From: Actinomycetota bacterium
GTDB taxonomy: Bacteria; Actinomycetota; Acidimicrobiia; Acidimicrobiales; VFJN01
DNA length: 39,118 bases
Assembly: GCA_046734695.1 (NCBI GenBank)
Contig: JBKPRS010000012.1
Location: 1-39,118, forward strand
Direction of reading: 5' to 3'
Every line of letters starts with the position of its first letter. The stretch's first letter is position 1. The translations under genes were made by a program, and so were the position numbers. Shown here in pieces: positions 1 to 8,781 of the stretch. The notes under the pieces are model-generated. The model searched no databases. It was not told the DNA's origin and saw only the letters and a list, made by a program, of their open reading frames with translations.

Positions 1-852
1 GCCCGCGGTGGCCCGGAACGTGGGCCGGCGCTGCACGCGCAGCCACGCCTCGGTCACGATGCCGAGCGTGCCCTCGCTGCCGAGCACCAGCCGGTCCGGG
101 CTGGGACCGGCGCCACTGCCCGGCAGCCGGCGCGACTCCCACCAGCCCGACGGGGTCAGCATGCGCACCGACTCCACGAAGTCGTCGATGTGGGTGTGGT
201 TCGTGGCGTAGTGGCCGCCCGAGCGGGTCACGATCCAGCCGCCCACCGTCGACCACTCGAACGACTGGGGGAAGTGGCGCAGGGTCAGGCCGTGGGGCCG
301 CAACTGGTCCTCGACCGCCGGTCCCAGCGCCCCGGCCTGGATGCGGGCGGCCCGCGACGCGTGGTCGACCTCGAGGATCCGGTCCATGGCCGTGAGGTCG
401 ACGGTGACGACACCGGCCGCCTCGGCCGGCGGGTTCACGCCCCAGACCACGGACGAGCCGCCGCCGAAGGGCACCACGACGTGGCCCGCGTCGCCGCACC
501 AGTCGAGCACCGCCTCCAGCTCTGCGTCCCCGGTCGGGTAGGCGACGGCGTCGGGCGGGGCGTCGAACAGGCCGCGAAAGGCCCGCAGCCGGTCGGTGAA
601 GGCCATGCCGTAGGCGTGCCGGGCCCGCTCGGCGCCCTCGGTCGTGCACACGGCGGCCAGCGCCTCGGGCACCGACAGCCGGGGCGGGCGCAGGGCCACG
701 TCCCCGATCGGTACCGGCCGCTCCACCCGGGGCTCGACCCCGTAGCGGCGGGCCAGCGACCCGGCCAGCCGCTGGCGCTGCTCGTCAGTGGGCTCGTCGG
801 CCGCCAACCCCCAGCCCCACAGGCTGCGCGGCCCCGAAGCGTTCCAGGGCAT
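1..852 (-). CDS. FAD-binding oxidoreductase, alkyl-DHAP synthase (AgpS/GlcD-like) family; 3' end runs off the window
   Basis: Not in the ORF track. Manual translation from ATG at 852: MPWNASGPRSLWGWG...PDAVAYP...VVPFGGGSSVVWG...LRHFPQSFEWSTVGGWIVTRSGGHYAT...LGSEGTLGIVTEAWL, typical FAD_binding_4 motifs. Confidence 0.85.
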   Translation of the reverse strand, partial: MPWNASGPRSLWGWGLAADEPTDEQRQRLAGSLARRYGVEPRVERPVPIGDVALRPPRLSVPEALAAVCTTEGAERARHAYGMAFTDRLRAFRGLFDAPPDAVAYPTGDAELEAVLDWCGDAGHVVVPFGGGSSVVWGVNPPAEAAGVVTVDLTAMDRILEVDHASRAARIQAGALGPAVEDQLRPHGLTLRHFPQSFEWSTVGGWIVTRSGGHYATNHTHIDDFVESVRMLTPSGWWESRRLPGSGAGPSPDRLVLGSEGTLGIVTEAWLRVQRRPTFRATAG

Positions 853-885
853 GGCCCCTAGGAGACCATGCGGGGCGGGCGGCTG

Positions 886-1059
886 TCAGGCGGACCGGAA
901 GCGCTCGTCCGGCCGCATCCGCACCCGTCCCCGGGGATCGACCACCACGATCATGTGCGTGGCCTCGTCGATGAGGGTCACGGCGTGGTCGACCGTGCGG
1001 GCGGCGAGCGAAGCGTCGGTGAGCGCCGTCACGGTGAGTCCGTAGATGTGGGTGCTCAT
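886..1059 (-). CDS. Small hypothetical protein (57 aa)
   Basis: Manual translation MSTHIYGLTVTALTDASLAARTVDHAVTLIDEATHMIVVVDPRGRVRMRPDERFRSA. Purine-rich RBS (AAAGGGGG) upstream, GC-rich third positions, fills the gap between co-oriented genes. Confidence 0.55.
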   Translation of the reverse strand: MSTHIYGLTVTALTDASLAARTVDHAVTLIDEATHMIVVVDPRGRVRMRPDERFRSA

Positions 1060-1153
1060 GACAGCGCCCCCTTTCGTCTCTTGTCCCTACTGTCCTCTGT
1101 ACCGGGCATTCGTTACCGCATCTGCCCCAGATGACGGATCGGACCGGCGGATC

Positions 1154-1891
1154 TCATCGCTCCTCGGCTACGGCGTCGGTGACCCGGTTGACCAGGGTCT
1201 GGGTGACGCGTTCGGACTCGTCGCGGTCGTACGGGCGGAGCTCGGACTCGAAGCTGAGCTCGACCAGGGCACGGTCGATCCGGACGACGACGTTGTCGAT
1301 GTACACGTTCGCGTTCTCCTGGTCGACCGAGTAGGGGATCGACATCCGCCAGGCCACCGTGGTGTTGCCGAAGGGGGTGTAGGGGAGCCGGACCCCGGTC
1401 ACCGTGCCGATCTCAACCTCGGCCGGGAGGCCCTCCGGACGGTGGGCAGCCAGGCTGGACTGGTAGGCCTTGGCGTAGCAGTCCGGGGCTGCCTCGTCGC
1501 GCAGGAGCTCGATCGCCCGGCGGGGGCCGGTGTCGTCGCCGGCGAGGGCCACCCCGGCGACCACCATGTCTCCGCCTGGCGAGACGAACCCCGGCGTGGT
1601 CGCCCGGGGGAGATCGGTGACCGGGCTGGCGGATCCGAGGCAGCGGGCGAGATCCTCGATGGTCACTGCGCCCGTGTCCTCGGCCGCGGCCGGGACGGTG
1701 AACCAGCTCTGGGGGAAGTCGTCGAGGGTCAGCAGCATCGCGTCGGCCCGCGCCTCCTCCGAGGCGGTCTCGGCCGCCGAGAGGGACGTGTCGGGCGGGC
1801 CGAGGTGCGGCGCGCTCTCGTTCTCCTCGGCGCAGCCTGCGGCGACCAGCGCGGCCACGCCGAGCAGGCTCGCCACCCATCCGCATCGCAC
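1154..1891 (-). CDS. Putative lipoprotein of unknown function
   Basis: Hydrophobic N-terminus ending in a lipobox (VAAG-C), acidic soluble domain with two further Cys. Start uncertain. Confidence 0.7.
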   Translation of the reverse strand: MRCGWVASLLGVAALVAAGCAEENESAPHLGPPDTSLSAAETASEEARADAMLLTLDDFPQSWFTVPAAAEDTGAVTIEDLARCLGSASPVTDLPRATTPGFVSPGGDMVVAGVALAGDDTGPRRAIELLRDEAAPDCYAKAYQSSLAAHRPEGLPAEVEIGTVTGVRLPYTPFGNTTVAWRMSIPYSVDQENANVYIDNVVVRIDRALVELSFESELRPYDRDESERVTQTLVNRVTDAVAEER

Positions 1892-1934
1892 TGATGCGGT
1901 TCTACCCGACCCAGCGCGCGATTGGATGTCGGTT

Positions 1935-3578
1935 CTACGCGCCGTCGGCGCGCAGGAGGAGCACGCCGGACGGGGTTCCGCCGCCGGTGGTGACGACCGC
2001 CGTGGCGGCCCCGGGGACCTGGCGGTCGCCGGCGGTGTGGCGGAGCTGGGCCATGGCCTCGTAGAGGAAGCCGAACCCGTGGGTCCGGCCCTCGGACAGC
2101 TGGCCGCCGTGGGGGTTGACCGGGAGGTCGCCGTCGAGGGCGATGCGCCGGCCGCCGTCCAGCCAGTCCTTGGCCTCGCCCAGGCCGCAGAACCCCAGGG
2201 CCTCCAGCCAGGAGATGGCGTTGAACGTGAACCCGTCGTAGACGAGCGCCACGTCGACGTCGGCGGGCCCCAGCGACGTGCGGGTCCAGAGGTGGGCCGC
2301 TTGGCCGAGGACCTGGGGCTCGTGGGTGATCGTGCCCTGGTCCCAGGAGATGCGCTCGGTGATCTGGGTGCCGACCGCCTCGACCCGCACCGCCTGGCGT
2401 GGCAGGTCCGAGGCCACCGAGGCGTCGGACACGACCACGGCGATCGACCCGTCGCACGGGACGTCGCAGTCGTACAGGCCGAAGGGCGTGGTGATGGGCC
2501 GGGCCGACAGGTAGTCGTCCATGGTCATCGGGTCGCGGTAGATCGCCGCCGGGTTGCGGGCCGCGTTGGCCCGGCCGTTGAGGGCGATCCAGCCCAGCAT
2601 CTCCCGCGGCGCGCCGTACCGGTGCAGGTACTGGTTGGCGTTCATGCCGATCCAGTTGGCGGCGGACAGGGCGCCGAAGGGGAGGCGCCACTCCTGCATG
2701 GTCCCCGAGATCCGGCCGCCGCCCCCACCACCCGAGGCGCCGGGGCCGAGGCGCAGGGCGGCGAAGGTCGACTCCCACACCGTGCGGAAGCACAGGACGT
2801 GGCGGCACAGCCCCGAGGCGACCGCCAGCATGGCGGCGATCACGGCCCCGCCCGGCCCGGGGAGGTCGCCGCCGCCGTTGATCCAGGTGGGGTGGAGGCG
2901 CAACGCCTCCTCGACCGCGGTGACGCCGCCCTCGCTCATGCCCACCCCGGCCGCGCCCGGGTAGGTGGACAGGCCGTCGATGTCGTCCAGCGTTAGGCCG
3001 GCGTCGGCCACCGCCGCCAGGCAGGCGTCCACCGTCAGCGACAGGGGGTCGACCATGAGCCGGCGCCCGATGGCGGACCGGCCCACGCCGGACAGCACGG
3101 CCCGGTGCTCGAAACGGTCGGGGCCGAGCGGCGGCCGGGGCGCGGGCAGCGCCGGCTCGCCCACCCGGTCGACCGGGTCCGTGTCGCCCGTGGGCGAGAA
3201 CAGCGGGAGCCACACGTCCTCGTGCTGCTCGAAGCGGACCATCACCTCCTGGCCGATGTGGACCTCGCCGGGGTCGCAGCCGACCACGTTGGTGGTGAGC
3301 CGCACGGTGGGGTCCTCGGCCAGCGCCACGTTGGCGATGACGTAGGGCGGGTCGAGCCCGGGCAGCCAGGAGTGCTGGTTGACCGTGAACCCGACCACCG
3401 TGGCGCGGCCCGACACGACCGTGGGCGCCCACGACCGGCTCCGGCACGCGGGGCACACGGGCACGGGCGGGTGGACCAGCGCCTTGCAGTCCTGGCACCC
3501 CTGGACCCGGAGGCGGCCGTCCGCCCCCGAGGTCCAGAACCACTCGTTGACCGGGGTCAGCTGGGGGAGCGGGCGCAC
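1935..3578 (-). CDS. DUF35 (Zn-ribbon/OB-fold) plus SCP-x/Ltp2-type thiolase-fold fusion protein
   Basis: N-terminal CQDC...CPAC Zn ribbon and OB-fold; C-terminal thiolase fold with DCDVPCDGS, VYDGFT and NPHGGQLSEG motifs. Confidence 0.9.
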   Translation of the reverse strand: MRPLPQLTPVNEWFWTSGADGRLRVQGCQDCKALVHPPVPVCPACRSRSWAPTVVSGRATVVGFTVNQHSWLPGLDPPYVIANVALAEDPTVRLTTNVVGCDPGEVHIGQEVMVRFEQHEDVWLPLFSPTGDTDPVDRVGEPALPAPRPPLGPDRFEHRAVLSGVGRSAIGRRLMVDPLSLTVDACLAAVADAGLTLDDIDGLSTYPGAAGVGMSEGGVTAVEEALRLHPTWINGGGDLPGPGGAVIAAMLAVASGLCRHVLCFRTVWESTFAALRLGPGASGGGGGGRISGTMQEWRLPFGALSAANWIGMNANQYLHRYGAPREMLGWIALNGRANAARNPAAIYRDPMTMDDYLSARPITTPFGLYDCDVPCDGSIAVVVSDASVASDLPRQAVRVEAVGTQITERISWDQGTITHEPQVLGQAAHLWTRTSLGPADVDVALVYDGFTFNAISWLEALGFCGLGEAKDWLDGGRRIALDGDLPVNPHGGQLSEGRTHGFGFLYEAMAQLRHTAGDRQVPGAATAVVTTGGGTPSGVLLLRADGA

Positions 3579-3582
3579 CTGG

Positions 3583-4419
3583 TCAGAACGTGGTGTTGGC
3601 CAGGAAGTCCACCGCCCCCGACGCGGGCGGGAACGACCCGCTGATGCCGGCGCTGAAGTAGCCCGCGTCGGTCACCATCGTGATGCCGGTGATTCCCGAG
3701 GCCGCGTCGCTGCACAGGAACAACAGCGGGTAGGCCTGCTCGGCCGGGGACGAGGCCTGGATGCCGGCCTCCTCGCGGTAGTCCGAGCCGAAACCCAGCC
3801 ACATCTCCTTGTTGGCCTGGGCGAGGGGCGTGTCGGTGGGCCCGGGCATGATGGCGTTGATGCGGATGCCCTGCTTGAGCAGCCCGAATGCCTCGCGGGC
3901 GACGTAGGCGTTGATCGCCAGCTTGCTCCACAGGTAGTCGGCGTGGCTGTTGTCCACGGCCCACTTCGTCGCCTCGTCGAAGTCGGTGATGGCCAGGTAC
4001 TCGCCCAGGCGCTCCAGGTTGGCCTGCCAGCCGAAGCCGGCGGCTGACGCGATCATCCCGATGGCCGACCCGCGGGACAGCAACCCGCCTTCGAGCAGCT
4101 TGTCGATCAGGTGGCGGTGGCCGATGAAGTTGATGCGCTCGATCCCGGGTGTGCCGTCGGCGACGCCCGCACAGGAGAACAGCGCGTGGATCGGACCGCC
4201 GCACTCCTCGACGGCGGCCTCGATGGATGCCTTGTCGGAGAGGTCCAGGTGGATGGCTTTGACCCCCGGGAGGGTGACCTCGGCCCGGTCCATGACCACG
4301 ACCTCGGCCCCGGCGTCCTTGGCCAGCTCGGCCGTCGCCGCGCCCATGCCGGTGGCGCCCCCCACGACCAGCACCCGCTTCCCGTCGTAGCGGTATGCGT
4401 CGAACAGTCCCATTGTCAT
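3583..4419 (-). CDS. SDR family oxidoreductase (probably NAD-dependent)
   Basis: GGATGMG nucleotide-binding motif, Asp after beta2 (MDR), YLWSK catalytic motif, PGPTDTP. Confidence 0.9.
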   Translation of the reverse strand: MTMGLFDAYRYDGKRVLVVGGATGMGAATAELAKDAGAEVVVMDRAEVTLPGVKAIHLDLSDKASIEAAVEECGGPIHALFSCAGVADGTPGIERINFIGHRHLIDKLLEGGLLSRGSAIGMIASAAGFGWQANLERLGEYLAITDFDEATKWAVDNSHADYLWSKLAINAYVAREAFGLLKQGIRINAIMPGPTDTPLAQANKEMWLGFGSDYREEAGIQASSPAEQAYPLLFLCSDAASGITGITMVTDAGYFSAGISGSFPPASGAVDFLANTTF

Positions 4420-4428
4420 GTCTCCTTG

Positions 4429-5646
4429 TCAGGCCACTACGCCGCGGACCTTGAGGTCCAGGATCGTGTCGGTGTCGAGCCCCAGCTCGCCGAGGATGGC
4501 ATCGCCGTGCTCGTTGAACTCCGGCGCCCGCTTGGGCGCCGCGGGCTCCCCGCCGTACTGGACGGGGGCGGCCGCCAGCCGGAAGGGCGTGCCCTCGGCG
4601 GTCTCGCAGTCCTGGACGTAGCCGTTGGCGATGGTCTGCGGATCGGACGCCACCTCCAGCGTGTCCTGCACCATCGCCCACTGGCCGCTGAACTTGGCCA
4701 GCCGCTCCCGCCACTCGGCCGCGTCGCGCTCGGTGAACGCCTCGCGGACCGCGTCGGTGGCGGCGACGATGTTCTCCCGGATGGCCTCGGCGTTGGCGAA
4801 GCGCTCGTCGTCGGCCAGCTCGGGCCGGCCCAGGACCGCGCACGCCTCGGCCCAGTACCGGGCGGCCTGCAGGCAGGTCATCGAGATGAACTTGCCGTCA
4901 CGGGTGCGGTAGGTGCCGCTGAGCGGGTTGCCGGTGGGGGCGCCGACCGGCGGCGGGGCCCAGCCCACGTTGTGCTGGAGCGAGAGCGCCAGGGCCGCGC
5001 CCATCGACCACATGCCGATGCCCAGCAGCGACACGTCCACGGTGGTGGCCTCGCCGGTGCGCTCGCGGTGGAACAGCGCACCCATGATCCCGCCCGCGAT
5101 GGTCATGGCGCCGATGGAGTCGCCGAACGCGGGCGCGGGCGGAGCGGGGACGTAGTCGTAGCTGGCCTGCTTGACGCCCATGGCGACGCCGGCCCGGCAC
5201 CAGTAGGCCAGCGAGTCGTAGGAGCCCTTGTCGGCGTCGGGGCCCCGCTCGCCCTGGCCGGTGCCGCGCACGTAGATGATGTCGGGGTTGTGGGCCCGGA
5301 TGTCGTCGACGTCGATGGCGAGCTTGGTCCGCACGCTGGGCAGCTTGTTGGTCAGGAAGACGTCGCAGGTGCCGGCCAGCTTGTAGAGGATGGCGAGGCC
5401 CTCCTCCGACGTGAGGTCGAGACCGAGGCTCTGCTTGCCCCGGTTGGAGTGCTCCAACAGGACGTGGACGCCGTTGCCCATGATGGCCAGGCCGCTCGAG
5501 GCCAGCCCCCGCATGGCGTCGCCCCGCTCGACGTGCTCGATCTTGACGACCTCCGCGCCCCAGTCGGCGAGGAGCGCCGACGCCGCGGGCACGAAGGTGT
5601 GCTCGGCGACTTCGAGGATGCGGACGCCCTGCATCACTGCGGTCAT
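4429..5646 (-). CDS. Family III (CaiB/BaiF) CoA-transferase
   Basis: LADWGAEVVKIE, NRGKQSLGLDL, catalytic-Asp region FGDSIG, C-terminal APEFNEH. AAGGGAGG RBS. Confidence 0.92.
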   Translation of the reverse strand: MTAVMQGVRILEVAEHTFVPAASALLADWGAEVVKIEHVERGDAMRGLASSGLAIMGNGVHVLLEHSNRGKQSLGLDLTSEEGLAILYKLAGTCDVFLTNKLPSVRTKLAIDVDDIRAHNPDIIYVRGTGQGERGPDADKGSYDSLAYWCRAGVAMGVKQASYDYVPAPPAPAFGDSIGAMTIAGGIMGALFHRERTGEATTVDVSLLGIGMWSMGAALALSLQHNVGWAPPPVGAPTGNPLSGTYRTRDGKFISMTCLQAARYWAEACAVLGRPELADDERFANAEAIRENIVAATDAVREAFTERDAAEWRERLAKFSGQWAMVQDTLEVASDPQTIANGYVQDCETAEGTPFRLAAAPVQYGGEPAAPKRAPEFNEHGDAILGELGLDTDTILDLKVRGVVA

Positions 5647-5674
5647 GACCCCTCCCTTGGTACGCCTGTCATTA

Positions 5675-5689
5675 TGACCAAGACGTTAG
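5675..5689. promoter_or_regulatory. Operator-like motif A, copy 1 (TGACCAAGACGTTAG)
   Basis: Matches TGACC-N5-GTTAG; lies in the divergent promoter region upstream of the CoA-transferase. Confidence 0.7.
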
Positions 5690-5758
5690 GTCGTGTGCAC
5701 ACCTGACCACCACGAGTGAAGAGATCACCTGGTAGATGGCGTGCCAAGCTCCCCAGAG

Positions 5759-5788
5759 TTGACCCAAACGTTAGAAACGATCTACGTT
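5759..5788 (+). promoter_or_regulatory. Sigma70-type promoter (TTGACC-N18-TACGTT) overlapped by motif A copy 2 (5760-5774)
   Basis: -35 at 5759-5764 and -10 at 5783-5788, with ATG 6 nt after the -10 (leaderless geometry). TGACCCAAACGTTAG covers the -35. Confidence 0.65.
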
Positions 5789-5794
5789 GCGGCT

Positions 5795-6997
5795 ATGACG
5801 AGACGGCTCGGGTTCCCGGTCTTCGATGCCGACAACCACCTCTACGAGACCCAGGAGGCGTTCACCCGCCACCTGCCGGACCGCTACAAGGGCGCCATCG
5901 ACTACGTCGAGGTCAAGGGGCGCAAGAAGATCGTGGTGCGGGGCACGATCAGCGAGTACATCCCGAACCCCACCTTCGACGTGGTGGCCCGGCCCGGTGC
6001 GCAGGAGGAGTACTTCCGCATCGGCAACCCCGAGGGCAAGTCCTACCGCGAGATCGTGGGCAAGCCCATGAAGGCGATCCCCGCGTTCCGCGGCCCCGAG
6101 GCCCGCATCGAGCTGATGGACACCCAGGGGCTCGACCGCACGCTGATGTTCCCCACCCTGGCCAGCCTGCTCGAAGAGCGGATGCGCGACGATCCCGAGC
6201 TGATCCACGCCGTCATCCACTCCCTCAACGAGTGGCTCTATGAGGAGTGGAGCTTCAACCACGAGGACCGCATCTTCACCACCCCGATCATCACGCTGCC
6301 CATCGTGGAGCGGGCCATCGAGGAGCTGGAGTGGGCGGTCGAGCGCGGCGCCCGCACCGTGCTGATCCGGCCGGCGCCGGTGCCCGCCTACGGCGGCTCC
6401 CGGTCGTACGGCTACGAGGAGTTCGACCCGTTCTGGCAGGCCGTGGTGGACGCGGACGTGCTGGTGTCGATGCACGCGTCGGACAGCGGCTACTCCCGCT
6501 ACCAGTCCGACTGGACCGGGCCCAGCGAGATGCTGCCGTTCCGGCCCGACGCCTTCCGCATGCTCACCATGGGCAAGCGGCCGGTCGAGGACGCCATGGC
6601 CGCGTTCGTGTGCCACGGCACGTTCACCCGCTTCCCCGGCCTGAAGGTGGCCTCGGTCGAGAACGGCGGCGACTGGGTCGTCCCGTTCCTGGCCCACCTG
6701 GAGGACACCTACCGCAAGATGCCCCAGGCGTTCGACGAGAACCCCATGGAGGCCTTCAAGCGCAACGTCTGGGTCAGCCCGTTCCACGAGGACGACATCG
6801 AGGAGCTCGTGGGCGTGCTGGGCGCCGACCACCTGCTGTTCGGGTCGGACTATCCGCATCCCGAGGGCCTGGCCGAGCCGTGCAGCTACGTCGACCACCT
6901 GCCGCCGGGGATGGCGGAGGAGGACGTGGCGGCCATCATGGGCGCCAACCTGGGCCGGCTCATGCGGGTCGACGTCGACGCAGCGGCTGCGGTCTGA
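5795..6997 (+). CDS. Amidohydrolase family protein (Amidohydro_2)
   Basis: FDADNH, SMH, SVENG and FGSDYPH motifs. Start moved from 5741 to ATG 5795 on promoter geometry. Confidence 0.9.
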   Translation: MTRRLGFPVFDADNHLYETQEAFTRHLPDRYKGAIDYVEVKGRKKIVVRGTISEYIPNPTFDVVARPGAQEEYFRIGNPEGKSYREIVGKPMKAIPAFRGPEARIELMDTQGLDRTLMFPTLASLLEERMRDDPELIHAVIHSLNEWLYEEWSFNHEDRIFTTPIITLPIVERAIEELEWAVERGARTVLIRPAPVPAYGGSRSYGYEEFDPFWQAVVDADVLVSMHASDSGYSRYQSDWTGPSEMLPFRPDAFRMLTMGKRPVEDAMAAFVCHGTFTRFPGLKVASVENGGDWVVPFLAHLEDTYRKMPQAFDENPMEAFKRNVWVSPFHEDDIEELVGVLGADHLLFGSDYPHPEGLAEPCSYVDHLPPGMAEEDVAAIMGANLGRLMRVDVDAAAAV

Positions 6998-7015
6998 CAA
7001 GGGGAAAGGGACGAC

Positions 7016-7786
7016 ATGGACCTGGATGGACGATCCGCGCTCGTGACCGGCGGCGCCGGCGGGCTGGGCTCCGCGGTGGTGCGCCGGCTGGTGGAGCAGG
7101 GCACCGGCGTGGCGATCTTCGACCGCGACCTCGACCGCGGCAGCGAGCTGGCCAAGGAGCTGGGTGACACGACCGTCGCGGTGGGCGGCGACGTCAACGA
7201 CGACGACGCCGTCGCCGCGGCCATCGAGGCGGCCCGCTCGCTCGGCACGTTCTCGCTCGTGGTCAACGTGGCCGGCGGAGGCGTCGGCGGGGGCCGCACC
7301 GTGGGCCGCGACGGCACACCGCACGACAAGGCGGCGTTCACCGGCACCATGGAGATGAACGCGTTCGGTACGTTCAACGTGACCCGCCTGTCGGCGGCAG
7401 CCATGGCGGCCAACGAGCCCGACGAGCACGGCCAGCGGGGCGTGGTGGTCAACACCGCCTCCATCGCGGGGATCGAGGGCCAGACGGGCCAGCTCGCCTA
7501 CGCCGCGGCCAAGGCCGCCATCCTCGGCATGACGCTGCCGCTGGCCCGGGACCTGGCGGCGCTCGGCATCCGGGTGTGCGCCATCGCCCCCGGCACCATG
7601 GGCACGCCGATCATGCTGAGCGTGCCCGAGGCGCTGCAGGAGAACCTGACGCGCAGCATCGTGTTCCCCAAGCGCATGGGCCGCCCCGAGGAGTTCGCCC
7701 TGCTGGTGGAGTCGATCGCCCGCAACCCCTACCTCAACGGCGAGAACATCCGGCTGGACGGCGCGCTGCGCTTCCCCCCGAAGTAG
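7016..7786 (+). CDS. SDR, 3-hydroxyacyl-CoA dehydrogenase type II (HSD10-like)
   Basis: TGGAGGLG, GTFNVTRL, RGVVVNTASIA, GQLAYAAAK, MTLPLARDL, NPYLNGENIRLDGALR. Confidence 0.92.
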   Translation: MDLDGRSALVTGGAGGLGSAVVRRLVEQGTGVAIFDRDLDRGSELAKELGDTTVAVGGDVNDDDAVAAAIEAARSLGTFSLVVNVAGGGVGGGRTVGRDGTPHDKAAFTGTMEMNAFGTFNVTRLSAAAMAANEPDEHGQRGVVVNTASIAGIEGQTGQLAYAAAKAAILGMTLPLARDLAALGIRVCAIAPGTMGTPIMLSVPEALQENLTRSIVFPKRMGRPEEFALLVESIARNPYLNGENIRLDGALRFPPK

Positions 7787-7789
7787 CCC

Positions 7790-8653
7790 GTGCCCGCGAT
7801 CGACGACCTGGTCGGGGCCCTGGCGCTGCAGCCGGTCGATCCCGACCGCACCACCGCCCACCAGTACCCGGCCGACCGCTATACGGCCGGCAACGTGGAG
7901 TCCGCCACCGGGGTCATCTTCGGCGGCCAGCTGATGGGCCAGGCCATCGTCGCCGCGCTGGCGGGCCAGGACGGCAAGCGGGTCAAGACGTTGCACACGA
8001 TCTTCGCCCGCAGCGGCCGTCCCGACGCCCCGGTCGAGATCGCGGTGGAGCGCATGCACAGTGGCCGCGCCTTCGCCAGCAGCACGGTGACGATCGGCCA
8101 GGGCGACCGGCTGTGCGCCCGCTCGCTGGTGCTGCTGAGCGCGGACGAGCCCGACTTCATCCGCCACGCCGATCCCGTCCCGACCGTGGCGGGACCGGAC
8201 GAGGCCACGCCCGCGGGCGACGGGTCGGGCGACTGGCAGATCCGCATCGCGGGCGGGGTCGACATCAACGATCCCGAGGTGGTCGGACCGCCGGACCTCG
8301 ACGTGTGGACGCGCTTCGCCGGCGCCCCCGACGACCCGGCCGTCGACCAGGCGCTGCTGGCCTACGCCACGGACGGCTTCCTCATCGCCACGGCCATGCG
8401 GCCCCACGCCGGGGTCGGCCAGGCCCAGGCGCACAGGACGGTCTCGACCGGGGTGGTCAGCCACACGCTCACGTTCCACGAGCCGGCGCCGGCGGGGGAG
8501 TGGCTGCTGCTGTCGCACCACAGCCCGTACGCGGGTCGGGGCCGCAGCTACGGCACCGCCCAGGTGTTCCGGGCCAGCGGCGCCCTGGTCGCGTCCTACG
8601 TGCAGGACGCCATGATCCGGCCCCTCGACGCCGGTCGTGGCGGGGCGCTCTGA
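7790..8653 (+). CDS. TesB-like acyl-CoA thioesterase (double hotdog)
   Basis: IFGGQLMGQA, GRAFAS, LLAYATD (catalytic Asp), LVASYVQDAMIR. Confidence 0.88.
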   Translation: MPAIDDLVGALALQPVDPDRTTAHQYPADRYTAGNVESATGVIFGGQLMGQAIVAALAGQDGKRVKTLHTIFARSGRPDAPVEIAVERMHSGRAFASSTVTIGQGDRLCARSLVLLSADEPDFIRHADPVPTVAGPDEATPAGDGSGDWQIRIAGGVDINDPEVVGPPDLDVWTRFAGAPDDPAVDQALLAYATDGFLIATAMRPHAGVGQAQAHRTVSTGVVSHTLTFHEPAPAGEWLLLSHHSPYAGRGRSYGTAQVFRASGALVASYVQDAMIRPLDAGRGGAL

Positions 8654-8664
8654 GGGAATGAGTA

Positions 8665-8743
8665 TGACAATTTCAGTTGTGTGGACGATCCGTGACTCAT
8701 GTTGCAATCCTCATTCTCGCAGTGTGAAACTGTGCTTCACAGT
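8665..8743. promoter_or_regulatory. AT-richer promoter/operator region upstream of the thiolase-ABC operon
   Basis: TTGCAA (8702) as possible -35, inverted repeat TGTGAA-N7-TTCACA (8723-8741), TTTCAGTTGTG (8671-8681), AGGAGG RBS before 8782. Confidence 0.5.
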
Positions 8744-8781
8744 GACGGCGGGCACACGCGTGCCCGGACCAGGAGGGGTAG

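Noticed and set aside
5771-8707. 978-aa minus-strand ORF, and similar long ORFs such as 25922-28069 (+), 15178-17076 (+), 1729-3543 (-) and 37125-38768 (+)
   Set aside because: Antisense or off-frame shadows of well-supported genes. Stop codons are rare in high-GC DNA and the translations have no family motifs.
8723-8741. Possible CRP/GlxR site (TGTGA...TCACA)
   Set aside because: The spacer is 9 bp rather than the required 6 bp; kept only as an unassigned inverted repeat.
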